Positions 51,797 through 61,471 of a stretch of 64,000 bases of DNA are shown here, in pieces; positions within the stretch are counted from its first letter, which is position 1; the number at the start of each line of letters is the position of its first letter. Location: positions 1 through 64,000 of the forward strand of contig CALXVB010000003.1 of assembly GCA_944391855.1 (NCBI GenBank), read 5' to 3'. This stretch comes from an uncultured Clostridia bacterium. GTDB lineage: Bacteria > Bacillota > Clostridia > TANB77 > CAG-508. The notes beneath the pieces were generated by a model. It did no database searches. It was not told the origin of the DNA and saw only the letters and a program-made list of their open reading frames with translations. The position numbers were made by a program, and so were the translations under genes.

Positions 51797-52399
51797 TTAT
51801 TTATTATTAGTATAAATTCTTGTATTAAAAAAAGAAAATAATATATGTTTTATTTGTTTTTTATCATTTATATCTGTAGCAATATTTCCGCATCTTGATA
51901 ATCCATCTTTAATTTTAAAATATTTATTATTTAAATTTTCTGTTGCATTAGTTTGAATATCTATAATTTCATTGTTTTTATTAATATATTCTAAAATTAT
52001 ATAATAATTTTTTGATGACGATTTTTTATTATTATTTAATTCTTTTATTTTTTCTATATATTTTTTTGATATTTCTTGGATGTTTTTTTCTTCTTGAATT
52101 AAATGATTATTTATTTGAGAAAAATGATTAGATAAATCTACTTTATTACTTTGTATTAATATTTGAAAATTAAAATCACATGTTTTTAAAAAAATTTTAT
52201 ATGAATTTAAAATAGCTTCTTTTTCTAAATCTGATTTTAAATTAAAATTAATCGGATTTATTTTAATTATTTTTAAATATCTATTATCCTTTGTTTTAAT
52301 TATTCCATTTTCTAATATTTCTTCTATTTTTAACCATTCCTGGCTAGAATTAATATTGTTTTTTTTATTTATTTTAATTATATATTCCTCCTTTCTCAA
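51797..52399 (-). CDS. Hypothetical protein resembling a stand-alone VirB4 N-terminal domain; start codon uncertain (TTG 52399 or ATT 52378)
   Basis: 200 aa with no Met anywhere. EWLKIEEILENGIIKTKDNRYLKIIKINPINFNLKSDLEKEAILNSYKIFLKTCDFNFQILIQS follows the pattern I associate with the N-termini of ConE/Orf16-type VirB4 proteins. A perfect AAGGAGG lies inside the annotated 5' end. Confidence 0.4.
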   Translation of the reverse strand: MRKEEYIIKINKKNNINSSQEWLKIEEILENGIIKTKDNRYLKIIKINPINFNLKSDLEKEAILNSYKIFLKTCDFNFQILIQSNKVDLSNHFSQINNHLIQEEKNIQEISKKYIEKIKELNNNKKSSSKNYYIILEYINKNNEIIDIQTNATENLNNKYFKIKDGLSRCGNIATDINDKKQIKHILFSFFNTRIYTNNK

Positions 52400-52613
52400 T
52401 TAATTAATAAAAATAAATAATTAAATATATATTTATATATTATATTTCTATTAAAATTAATTTTTTTATTAATATTTTATTTATATTTAATTAAATAAAT
52501 TATTTTTTGAATATTTAAAGATTAAAATTATTTTGATATTAATTTTTGAAAAAATTATTAAATAATATAATATAAGATAATATGATTAAAATCAATTAAT
52601 TTTTATTTTCTTT

Positions 52614-52642
52614 TTTATACCATATTTCTATCAACTTTTCAA
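52614..52642 (-). promoter_or_regulatory. Candidate promoter of block II
   Basis: Minus-strand TTGAAA (52642-52637), 17 nt, TGG-TATAAA (52622-52614, extended -10 type). About 215 nt upstream of the 200-aa ORF. Confidence 0.3.
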
Positions 52643-52740
52643 GAAAAATCGTAATCCTTTTTTCGACATTTTTTGCACAGTATTTTGTTAATTTTTTATT
52701 AATATTCTATTATTATTAATTTATTTTAATTTTTGAAAAA

Positions 52741-52795
52741 ATATATAAAAAATAGGTAAATAATTAATATTTAATTTATTAATTATTTTACCTAT
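52741..52795 (-). terminator. gyrB terminator
   Basis: Imperfect 15-16-bp A/T-rich hairpin ATAGGTAAATAATTAA / AATTATTTTACCTAT (52752-52795). A T-run follows on the minus strand. Confidence 0.5.
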
Positions 52796-52819
52796 TATTT
52801 TTACAAATTATTATATGTC

Positions 52820-54769
<1,950 letters not shown>

Positions 54770-55018
54770 CTATCTGCTAGCTCTTTTAGCAATAGTACTC
54801 GAAGAAATATTAGTAATATACCCTAAAATCTTATCATTTTTTTCTAAAATTATCAAAGATTTTTTATTTTCTTCTGATACATCTATTATATTACCACTAA
54901 TTTTTAAATTTTGTAATACTTCTTCTAATTTTTTCTTTTTTTCTAATGATTCTATATCTAAAATTGATATAATATTTTCTGAATTTATGACTACATCTTT
55001 CCCTATATGAACATACAT
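54770..55018 (-). CDS. remB: DUF370 protein (RemB/YaaB-like)
   Basis: 82 aa. MYVHIGKDVVINSENIISILDIE is the DUF370 signature. It occupies the conserved slot between recF and gyrB. TAATG overlap with the recF stop. Confidence 0.8.
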   Translation of the reverse strand: MYVHIGKDVVINSENIISILDIESLEKKKKLEEVLQNLKISGNIIDVSEENKKSLIILEKNDKILGYITNISSSTIAKRASR

Positions 55019-56082
55019 TATACAACTTCTCCTTTTTTTATATTATATAAATTATATTCTAAATTAGGCAAATCTATTTTTTCAGTTCCTGTTAAAATAA
55101 CTTGAGTATCTTTTATATTATTTAAAAAATTCTTTCTTCTCTCTTCATCTAATTCAGACATAAAATCATCTAATAATAATATTGGATATTCTCCTATTTC
55201 TTCATAGACGACATTAAGTTCTGAAAGTTTTAAAGATAAAATTACTGTTCTATTTTGCCCTTGTGAACCATAAATATTTACTTCTTTACCATTAATATAT
55301 ATCATAAAATCATCTCTATGTACACCCTTTGTAGTAAAACCTTTTATTATATCTAATTTTCTTCTTTCTTTTAATAATTTTAAATAACTTTCTTTGTCTT
55401 CACAATTTGATATATAATCAATTTTTAATTCTTCTTTATTTTCAGTAATTTCTCCATGAATTTTATTAATTTTCTTTGAGATTTTTTCTATAAATTCATT
55501 TCTATAATTAAATATTTTTTCTCCATAATCCGCTAATTTTTCATCCCAGATTTCTAACATTTCTTCTGGTTTATTTTCTTCTTTTATTTGTCTTAAATAA
55601 TTATTTCTTTGTTCAATAGTTTTTAAATACATATTTAAGTTGTATACATAGTTTGGTCTTAGTTGTCCTATCATCATATCTAAAAATCTTCTTCTATTTG
55701 CGGGACCATCTTTTAATATATTTATATCGTCTGGAGTAAATATAACAATATTTATATTTCCCAAAAGTTCACTAAGTTTTTTAATCTTTATACCATTTAA
55801 ATATATTTGCTTTCTATCCCCTATTTCTATCTTAATTTTTCCGTCTCTATCTTTTTTTTGATAATATATTTCAACTATTGAATTACTTTCATTAAATTTT
55901 ATCATTTCTTTTTCTTTAGACGTTCTAAAAGATTTTCCGAAACTACATAAAAATATGGATTCCAAGATATTAGTTTTTCCTTGTGCATTATTTCCATATA
56001 TAATGTTTATATTTTTATTTAAATTTAAATCTAATTGTTCATAATTTCTAAAATTTTGAAGTTTAATTTTCTCTATGTACAT
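55018..56082 (-). CDS. recF: DNA replication and repair protein RecF
   Basis: I place the start at ATG 56082-56080 (MYIEKIKLQNFRNYE...), not the track start 56157. Walker A YGNNAQGKTNILE. Signature and Walker B at ILLLDDFMSELD. TAATG overlap with the upstream ORF. Confidence 0.9.
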   Translation of the reverse strand: MYIEKIKLQNFRNYEQLDLNLNKNINIIYGNNAQGKTNILESIFLCSFGKSFRTSKEKEMIKFNESNSIVEIYYQKKDRDGKIKIEIGDRKQIYLNGIKIKKLSELLGNINIVIFTPDDINILKDGPANRRRFLDMMIGQLRPNYVYNLNMYLKTIEQRNNYLRQIKEENKPEEMLEIWDEKLADYGEKIFNYRNEFIEKISKKINKIHGEITENKEELKIDYISNCEDKESYLKLLKERRKLDIIKGFTTKGVHRDDFMIYINGKEVNIYGSQGQNRTVILSLKLSELNVVYEEIGEYPILLLDDFMSELDEERRKNFLNNIKDTQVILTGTEKIDLPNLEYNLYNIKKGEVV

Positions 56083-56450
56083 TAGGATTCCTTTTCTTTC
56101 TTTTTTATCATTGCATTTATTATTATTTCTGTAATTAATAAAAATACAATAACACATGTAATAATACTTATTATAATATTTGTATAATTTAAAACACTTT
56201 GTGCAATCATATCAGGTTTTCCAAAATTTAAACTCCAAGGAATAATACAAGCCATAATTATTATAGATATTAAAATTAAAATATAAAAAAATATAAAGAT
56301 TCTTTTTTCCTTAATACTTTTAGATTTTTTCTTTATATAATACAATCTTAATAGAAAAACAGACACGATTACAATACAAATAATTAATAATATTAAATTA
56401 TATCTTGGTACATAATATTTCATAACACTTGGAGTTAAATTAAATTCCAT
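56082..56450 (-). CDS. Small 4-TM membrane protein occupying the slot where yaaA (S4-domain protein) normally lies
   Basis: About 122 aa from ATG 56450 (MEFNLTPSV...). Four hydrophobic helices. Its stop overlaps the recF ATG. A perfect DnaA box TGTGGATAA at 56498-56506 lies inside an inverted repeat just upstream. Confidence 0.5.
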   Translation of the reverse strand: MEFNLTPSVMKYYVPRYNLILLIICIVIVSVFLLRLYYIKKKSKSIKEKRIFIFFYILILISIIIMACIIPWSLNFGKPDMIAQSVLNYTNIIISIITCVIVFLLITEIIINAMIKKKEKES

Positions 56451-56565
56451 ATTTATTAACACTTCCTTTTGTTTTTACCACAAGTTATTAACATTTTTGT
56501 GGATAACTTGTTGGTATTTTCATCATTATTTTTAATAATTCATTCTACGTTGGAAAAAGAATTGA

Positions 56566-56790
56566 TTTTTGGCTAGGCGTACTTTATTAAAAATTTATGA
56601 GTCGTACTTTGTGTACGCCCACTTAAATTTTTAATGAAGTGCAAACATTTATTATTCCAACACTTTTTTAATTTTAAAATAATTGATGGTTTGACTAGGC
56701 AAACGAGCAAGAAAACCGGAAGCGTACTTGGTGTACGCTGAGGATTTTCGCATGCGAAGTTTAACAACGTCAAAGCGCAATTATTTTAAA
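56566..56790. repeat. Two tandem ~120-nt GC-enriched structured units between dnaN and the membrane-protein gene (candidate ncRNA/attenuator or protein-binding array)
   Basis: Unit 1: GGCTAGG 56571, CGTAC-TTTGT-GTACG 56603-56617, plus long-range GGCGTAC 56576-56582 / GTACGCC 56613-56619. Unit 2: GACTAGG 56693, GCGTAC-TTGGT-GTACGC 56722-56738, then the 12-bp palindrome TTCGCATGCGAA 56747-56758. Line 56701 counts 48% G+C. Confidence 0.4.
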
Positions 56791-56796
56791 AGGATT

Positions 56797-57915
56797 CTAT
56801 TCTTTCATTCTAATTGGAAGAACCATATAAATATAATCTCCACCCTCTTCTACAGGTCTTATTATACATGGTGATATGCTTGTACCAAAATCAATAAATA
56901 CTTCTTGATCATCTATATTTCTTAATGCATCTAGAAAATATTTAGGATTAAATCCTGCTTCTAAATTTTTTCCTTCTGTTGTAACATACATTTCTTCTTT
57001 TGCATCACCTGTTTGATTTGTACAAGAAATTGTTACTTTTCCTATATCTACATTTACTTTTACAGGATATTTTTTCTCTTTTTCTATACTAGATGATGAA
57101 ATAAGGCTAATTCTTTCAAAACAATTTTGTATTGTATTTTTGTCCACGCGTATTCTTGTTTCCCAATTTTCTGGAATTACACTTGAATAATTCAAAAATT
57201 CTCCATCTAATAATCTAGTAACTATTTTACAATTTTCCATTTCAAATAATGCTTGATTTTTAGCAACTCCTATTTTTATAGGTTCATAAGAATCTATCAT
57301 TATCTTATTTATTTCATTTAAAGTTCTTCCAGGAATTACTGCTGAAAAATCATTTATCTTATTTTGTAAGAATTTACTTTTCCAAGCTAATCTAAAACCA
57401 TCCACTGCAACTACATTTAATTTATTATTTTTTATTTCAAATAAACAACCTGTAAATATTGGTCTATTTTCTTCAGTACTTACTGCAAATATTGTTTTTC
57501 TAATCATATCTTTTAATGAATTTTGTTCCATTTCGATAGAATTTTCTATATTTATTTGTGGAAGTTCTGGAAATTCGTCTGGATTCATTGTTGCAAGTTT
57601 ATATAAAGAACCTTCACATTCTATAACTAATAAATTTTTTTCATCTAAAGTAATTTTTATTTCAGAATCTGGTAATCTTCTAATAATTTCACTAAACATT
57701 ATTGCATTAACTACTGTTGCACCTTGCTCTTTTACTTCACATTTAATTATATATTCTATACCAATTTCTAAATCATATGTTGTAAATTTAACTTCATTAT
57801 CATTTGTTTGAATTAATATTCCTTCCAGTATAGGCATTGTTGTTTTTGTAGCTACCGCTTTTGTTACGGAATTAAGTGCTTTAAGGATATTATCCTTTTC
57901 ACAAATAAGTTTCAT
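56797..57915 (-). CDS. dnaN: DNA polymerase III beta sliding clamp
   Basis: 372 aa. MKLICEKDNILKALNSVTKAVATKTTMPILEGILI... The three-domain length and the position after dnaA both fit. Confidence 0.95.
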   Translation of the reverse strand: MKLICEKDNILKALNSVTKAVATKTTMPILEGILIQTNDNEVKFTTYDLEIGIEYIIKCEVKEQGATVVNAIMFSEIIRRLPDSEIKITLDEKNLLVIECEGSLYKLATMNPDEFPELPQINIENSIEMEQNSLKDMIRKTIFAVSTEENRPIFTGCLFEIKNNKLNVVAVDGFRLAWKSKFLQNKINDFSAVIPGRTLNEINKIMIDSYEPIKIGVAKNQALFEMENCKIVTRLLDGEFLNYSSVIPENWETRIRVDKNTIQNCFERISLISSSSIEKEKKYPVKVNVDIGKVTISCTNQTGDAKEEMYVTTEGKNLEAGFNPKYFLDALRNIDDQEVFIDFGTSISPCIIRPVEEGGDYIYMVLPIRMKE

Positions 57916-58242
57916 TTTGCTCTCTCTCCTTTATAATATAATATAATATTTTTAGTAGTAGTAGTAGTAGGTTATGTGGATAATGTGGAAAACTATGTGG
58001 AAACCTTATCTCCCTAATGAATTTTATGTTGATAATTTAGTGGATAATTAAAAAAGTTATCTACAAAAATTTTTTTCTTATGTGTAAAACTAAAATATCA
58101 ACAGGTTATTAACATACTTTTCACATTATTATGTGGATAGTCTTTCTGGCTGTTCCGTAAGTAAAGATTGATTGTTTTTATATCAAACATTTATTTTTCA
58201 AACGTATTTTTTATAAATTGCATTTAAGTCTTCTATTTGCAA
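57916..58242. other. oriC right... dnaA-dnaN half: DnaA boxes, (TAG)6 DnaA-trio array, A/T-only unwinding tract
   Basis: Boxes: TGTGGATAA 57975-57983 (perfect), TGTGGAAAA 57984-57992, TGTGGAAAC 57996-58004, AGTGGATAA 58039-58047, TTATCTACA 58057-58065, TGTGGATAG 58132-58140. TAG x6 at 57953-57970, 4 nt from the perfect box. 22-nt A/T-only run at 57931-57952. Confidence 0.75.
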
Positions 58243-59583
58243 TTATTTGTCATTAAGCAATATGTTTTTCACACTTTCCACAATTCTTTTTGTACTTACA
58301 TTATTTTGTATTTCTTTTTCTATTTTTGTGCATGCGTGTATTACAGTTGTGTGATCTCTTTTACCAAATCCATCCCCTATCTTAGTTAAAGGTAATTGTG
58401 CAACATTTCTACATAAATACATTGCTATTTGCCTTGGAAAAGTTACGTCATTTGATCTTTTCACACCTTTTAATTCCTCTACTGTCACATTAAAATATTT
58501 TGACACTGTTTCTTGTATTAACTCTAATGATAATACTTTATCCTTTTTAGTAATAACATCATTAATTGATTTTTCTGCCATTTCCATAGTGATTGGAGTA
58601 TTAGTTAATGATGCATTAGCAATTAGTTTATTTAGAATTCCTTCTAGTTCTCTTATGTTTGAATCTATTTTTGTTGCTATATCACTTAGAATTTCGTCAT
58701 CAATTATTATATTATCTAATTGAGCCTTTTTTCTAAGTATTGCTAAACGAGTTTCATAATCTGGATTTGAAATATCTGCAATTAATCCCCATTCAAATCT
58801 AGATTTTAATCTATCTTCTATTAAATTTATATCTTTTGGAGGTTTATCACTTGAAATTATTATTTGTTTTCTATTCTCATGTAATGTGTTGAAAGTGTGG
58901 AAAAACTCCTCTTGAATTCTTTCTTTTCCTGCTATAAATTGAATATCATCTATTAAAAGTACGTCTATATTTCTATATTTATTTCTAAACATTTCACCTT
59001 TACCATCTTTTATAGCGTTAATTAACTGATTGGTAAAAGTCTCAGAAGTAACATATAGAATTTTTGCACTTCTGTTATTTAATAATATTTCATTTGCTAT
59101 AGCTTGCATTAAATGTGTTTTTCCAAGTCCAACACCACCATAAATAAAAAGTGGATTATAAGCTGTCGCTGGTGCTTCTGCTACTGCTAAAGCTGCCGCG
59201 TGTGCAAATCTATTATTGTTTCCAACAACAAAGCTTTCAAAAGTATATTTTGGATTTAATGTAGAATTTGGATAATTATTAACTGTATTTGATAATTGTT
59301 TAGCGACCTGCAATTCTTCTTCTGAAACATCATCTTTTAAAATTACAGTAATTTCACAATTTCTATTAGTTATATAATTAAATGTGTTTTTAAATAAATC
59401 ATGATATCTTGAAAGTATTGATTCTTTTTGAAATGCGTTATTTGCTATTAAAACTATGTTATTGTTTTCAGCGCTTTCAATATCTAAATCTCTTATCCAA
59501 GTCTCATAGGCAATCTTTGTAACTTCGTTCTTTAAAAGTTCTTTTGCTTTTGTTAAAAGTTCATTTAATTCTTCTCTTTGCAT
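58243..59583 (-). CDS. dnaA: Chromosomal replication initiator DnaA
   Basis: 446 aa. Walker A IYGGVGLGKTHLMQAI, LLIDDIQF, and C-terminal DNA-binding domain FGKRDHTTVIHACTKI. Confidence 0.97.
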   Translation of the reverse strand: MQREELNELLTKAKELLKNEVTKIAYETWIRDLDIESAENNNIVLIANNAFQKESILSRYHDLFKNTFNYITNRNCEITVILKDDVSEEELQVAKQLSNTVNNYPNSTLNPKYTFESFVVGNNNRFAHAAALAVAEAPATAYNPLFIYGGVGLGKTHLMQAIANEILLNNRSAKILYVTSETFTNQLINAIKDGKGEMFRNKYRNIDVLLIDDIQFIAGKERIQEEFFHTFNTLHENRKQIIISSDKPPKDINLIEDRLKSRFEWGLIADISNPDYETRLAILRKKAQLDNIIIDDEILSDIATKIDSNIRELEGILNKLIANASLTNTPITMEMAEKSINDVITKKDKVLSLELIQETVSKYFNVTVEELKGVKRSNDVTFPRQIAMYLCRNVAQLPLTKIGDGFGKRDHTTVIHACTKIEKEIQNNVSTKRIVESVKNILLNDK

Positions 59584-59741
59584 TGCTTTTCAGTCCTTCC
59601 AAAATATTATGAGTAAATTTATATATAAAGTGTATAAAAAAGTTATACACATAATTATCCACAATATTGTTATATAATATCAAATAATTTATAAAATAGT
59701 CAATATAAAAAAATATTTATTTAAAAAATGTGGATTTTATA
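59584..59741. other. oriC dnaA-upstream half (DnaA-box cluster)
   Basis: TTATACACA 59643-59651, perfect TTATCCACA 59655-59663, TGTGGATTT 59729-59737. Confidence 0.65.
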
Positions 59742-59770
59742 TTGACTTGACGGGAATTTTAGGATATAAT
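59742..59770 (+). promoter_or_regulatory. rpmH promoter
   Basis: TTGACT 59742-59747, 17 nt, TATAAT 59765-59770. Confidence 0.55.
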
Positions 59771-59833
59771 AATAAAGCTTATTATTAGTAAAAATCCGGA
59801 GACGGTTATATATATTCAAGTAGGAGGTGCAAA

Positions 59834-59968
59834 ATGAAAAGAACATATCAACCAAAAAAAAGACAAGAACAAAAAGAACATGGATTCATGAAAAGAATGA
59901 AAACTAAATCAGGAAGAAATGTATTAAAAGCTAGACGTGCAAAAGGAAGAAAAAAACTAAGTGCATAA
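59834..59968 (+). CDS. rpmH: 50S ribosomal protein L34
   Basis: Own translation [44 protein letters not shown] (44 aa, below the track cutoff). SD AGGAGGTG upstream. Confidence 0.95.
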   Translation: MKRTYQPKKRQEQKEHGFMKRMKTKSGRNVLKARRAKGRKKLSA

Positions 59969-60008
59969 AATATTAGGTCACTTAAAAGTGATCTTTTTTG
60001 AAATATGA

Positions 60009-60359
60009 GTGATTTTAATGAGAAAAATAAGAACTTTAAAAAAGAATTATGAATTTAAAAATGTATTATCAAGAGGAAGATTTTATTTAGGAAAGCAAAT
60101 ACATATATATGTTTTAAAAAATAATAAAAATATTAATGTAATTGGTATAGCCGTAAGCATTAAAGAATGTGGTGCTGTCAAAAGAAATAGAATAAAAAGG
60201 TTAATTAGAGAAAATTATAGATTAATAAAAAATGAATTAAAACAAGGATATGATATTGTTTTTTTATGGAATAAAAAAGAAAGGGCAGATGAAGCTAATT
60301 ACTATATTATAAAAAATGATATGATAAATTCACTAAAAAAATCTAAATTATTAGATTAA
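60009..60359 (+). CDS. rnpA: Ribonuclease P protein component
   Basis: LKKNYEFKNVLSRGRF...AVKRNRIKRLIRENYR (RNR motif). ATG 60018 is an alternative start. Confidence 0.9.
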   Translation: MILMRKIRTLKKNYEFKNVLSRGRFYLGKQIHIYVLKNNKNINVIGIAVSIKECGAVKRNRIKRLIRENYRLIKNELKQGYDIVFLWNKKERADEANYYIIKNDMINSLKKSKLLD

Positions 60360-60379
60360 GCTTCATTATATAAGATATT

Positions 60380-60598
60380 ATGAAAAAAATATTACTTTTC
60401 TTATTAAAATTATATAAAAAATTTATTTCACCAATTTTTAAAGAAATTGGTATAGAATGTAAATATTATCCTACTTGTTCTGAGTATATGAAGCAAGCTA
60501 TTGAAAAATATGGTGCTTTAAAAGGAACTTTTTTAGGAATAAAAAGGATTTTTAGATGTAATCCATTTTCAAAAGGTGGATATGATCCATTAAGATAA
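60380..60598 (+). CDS. yidD: Membrane protein insertion efficiency factor YidD
   Basis: 72 aa. FISPIF....CKYYPTCSEY...GALKG...RCNPFSKGGYDP. Confidence 0.9.
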   Translation: MKKILLFLLKLYKKFISPIFKEIGIECKYYPTCSEYMKQAIEKYGALKGTFLGIKRIFRCNPFSKGGYDPLR

Positions 60599-60610
60599 TT
60601 TGGAGGAAAT

Positions 60611-61471
60611 ATGGGCGCAATTTCAAGTTTATTTGGATATTTATTAAATGCTTTATATACAGTATTTAATAATTATGGTATTGCTATAATTGTATTTTCA
60701 ATAATATTAAGAATTATATTAATACCAATTACCATAAAACAGCAAAAATCATTAAAAAAATCAGCAAAACTTCAAGAGGAAATGAAAGAAATACAAAGAA
60801 AATATAAGAATAATCCAGAAAAGCTTAATCAAGAGACTATTGACTTATATAAGAGAGAAAAATTAAGTCCCTTTGCGGGTTGCTTTAGTTCTATAATACA
60901 GATTGTAATAATTCTTTCAGTATTTTGGCTTGTAAGTCAACCTTTAACATATATGAAAAAGATAGATACTAATGTAATTAATGATTATAAAACTCAACTA
61001 CAAGAGAGTGGAGAACAATCAACATATACAGAAATAGCAATAATTAATAAATTTGGTCCACAAGATGCAAGAGTAAATTTAAATATGGATTTTCTTGGAT
61101 TAGATTTAAGTAAAGTACCAAGTAGTAATTTAAATGATTGGACAGTATATATTATTCCACTTTTATATGTAATTTCATCTGTATTATCTATTAAAATAAA
61201 TAATAACATGACTAAAAAGAAGAAAGATGAAAGAAAAGCTATTACTGACGGTACAAACCAAGAAGTTCAAAACGAACCAAATGAAATGGAAGCAATGGAG
61301 GCAATGAATAAAAACATGATGTATATGTTACCATTGATGTCTGTATTTATTGCATTTATAGCGCCTTTAGGATTAGCATTATATTGGTTTATAAGTAATA
61401 TTTTAGTTATTATAGAAAAATTAATTATAGATGCTTTTATGAAACGCAAGGAGGAAAATCAAAATGCCTAA
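60611..61471 (+). CDS. yidC: YidC/Oxa1-family membrane protein insertase
   Basis: 286 aa. GIAIIVFSIILRIILIPITIKQQKS... and PLMSVFIAFIAPLGLALYWFISN. Confidence 0.9.
   Translation: MGAISSLFGYLLNALYTVFNNYGIAIIVFSIILRIILIPITIKQQKSLKKSAKLQEEMKEIQRKYKNNPEKLNQETIDLYKREKLSPFAGCFSSIIQIVIILSVFWLVSQPLTYMKKIDTNVINDYKTQLQESGEQSTYTEIAIINKFGPQDARVNLNMDFLGLDLSKVPSSNLNDWTVYIIPLLYVISSVLSIKINNNMTKKKKDERKAITDGTNQEVQNEPNEMEAMEAMNKNMMYMLPLMSVFIAFIAPLGLALYWFISNILVIIEKLIIDAFMKRKEENQNA

Larger units (their letters stand above)
47641..52819. other. Ultra-AT-rich 5.1-kb insertion between gyrA and gyrB (T4SS-like block II)
   Basis: Four minus-strand ORFs plus two long A/T spacers. Hand counts give 8-17% G+C in sampled lines (48481, 48541, 49201) versus 27-43% in gyrA lines (46801, 47161). 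Confidence 0.65.

Noticed and set aside
52662-52668. Perfect Spo0A-box heptamer (TGTCGAA on the minus strand) 20 nt upstream of the candidate block II promoter. Another TTCGACA lies at 63799-63805
   Set aside because: I estimated background frequency assuming ~37.5% each for A and T and ~12.5% each for G and C. That gives about 5 chance occurrences per 64 kb on both strands. The window offers no evidence that the organism has Spo0A. The signal is not above background.
52400-52819. Repetitive A/T-rich spacer (for example ATTTTTGAAAAAAT twice) checked as a possible CRISPR array or iteron set
   Set aside because: There are no regularly spaced repeats of constant length and no unique spacers. 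The pattern is low-complexity A/T sequence plus the gyrB terminator and a candidate promoter.
56573-56773. 66-aa minus-strand ORF between dnaN and the membrane-protein gene
   Set aside because: No SD before its ATG, an odd Cys/Pro/Thr-rich composition, and exact overlap with the tandem hairpin units. A structured non-coding region explains it better.
57953-57970. (TAG)6 read as a slippage-prone microsatellite or phase-variation switch upstream of dnaN
   Set aside because: Its position, strand and spacing relative to the last DnaA box and the A/T tract fit the DnaA-trio element of Firmicute origins. It is reinterpreted as part of oriC (see findings).
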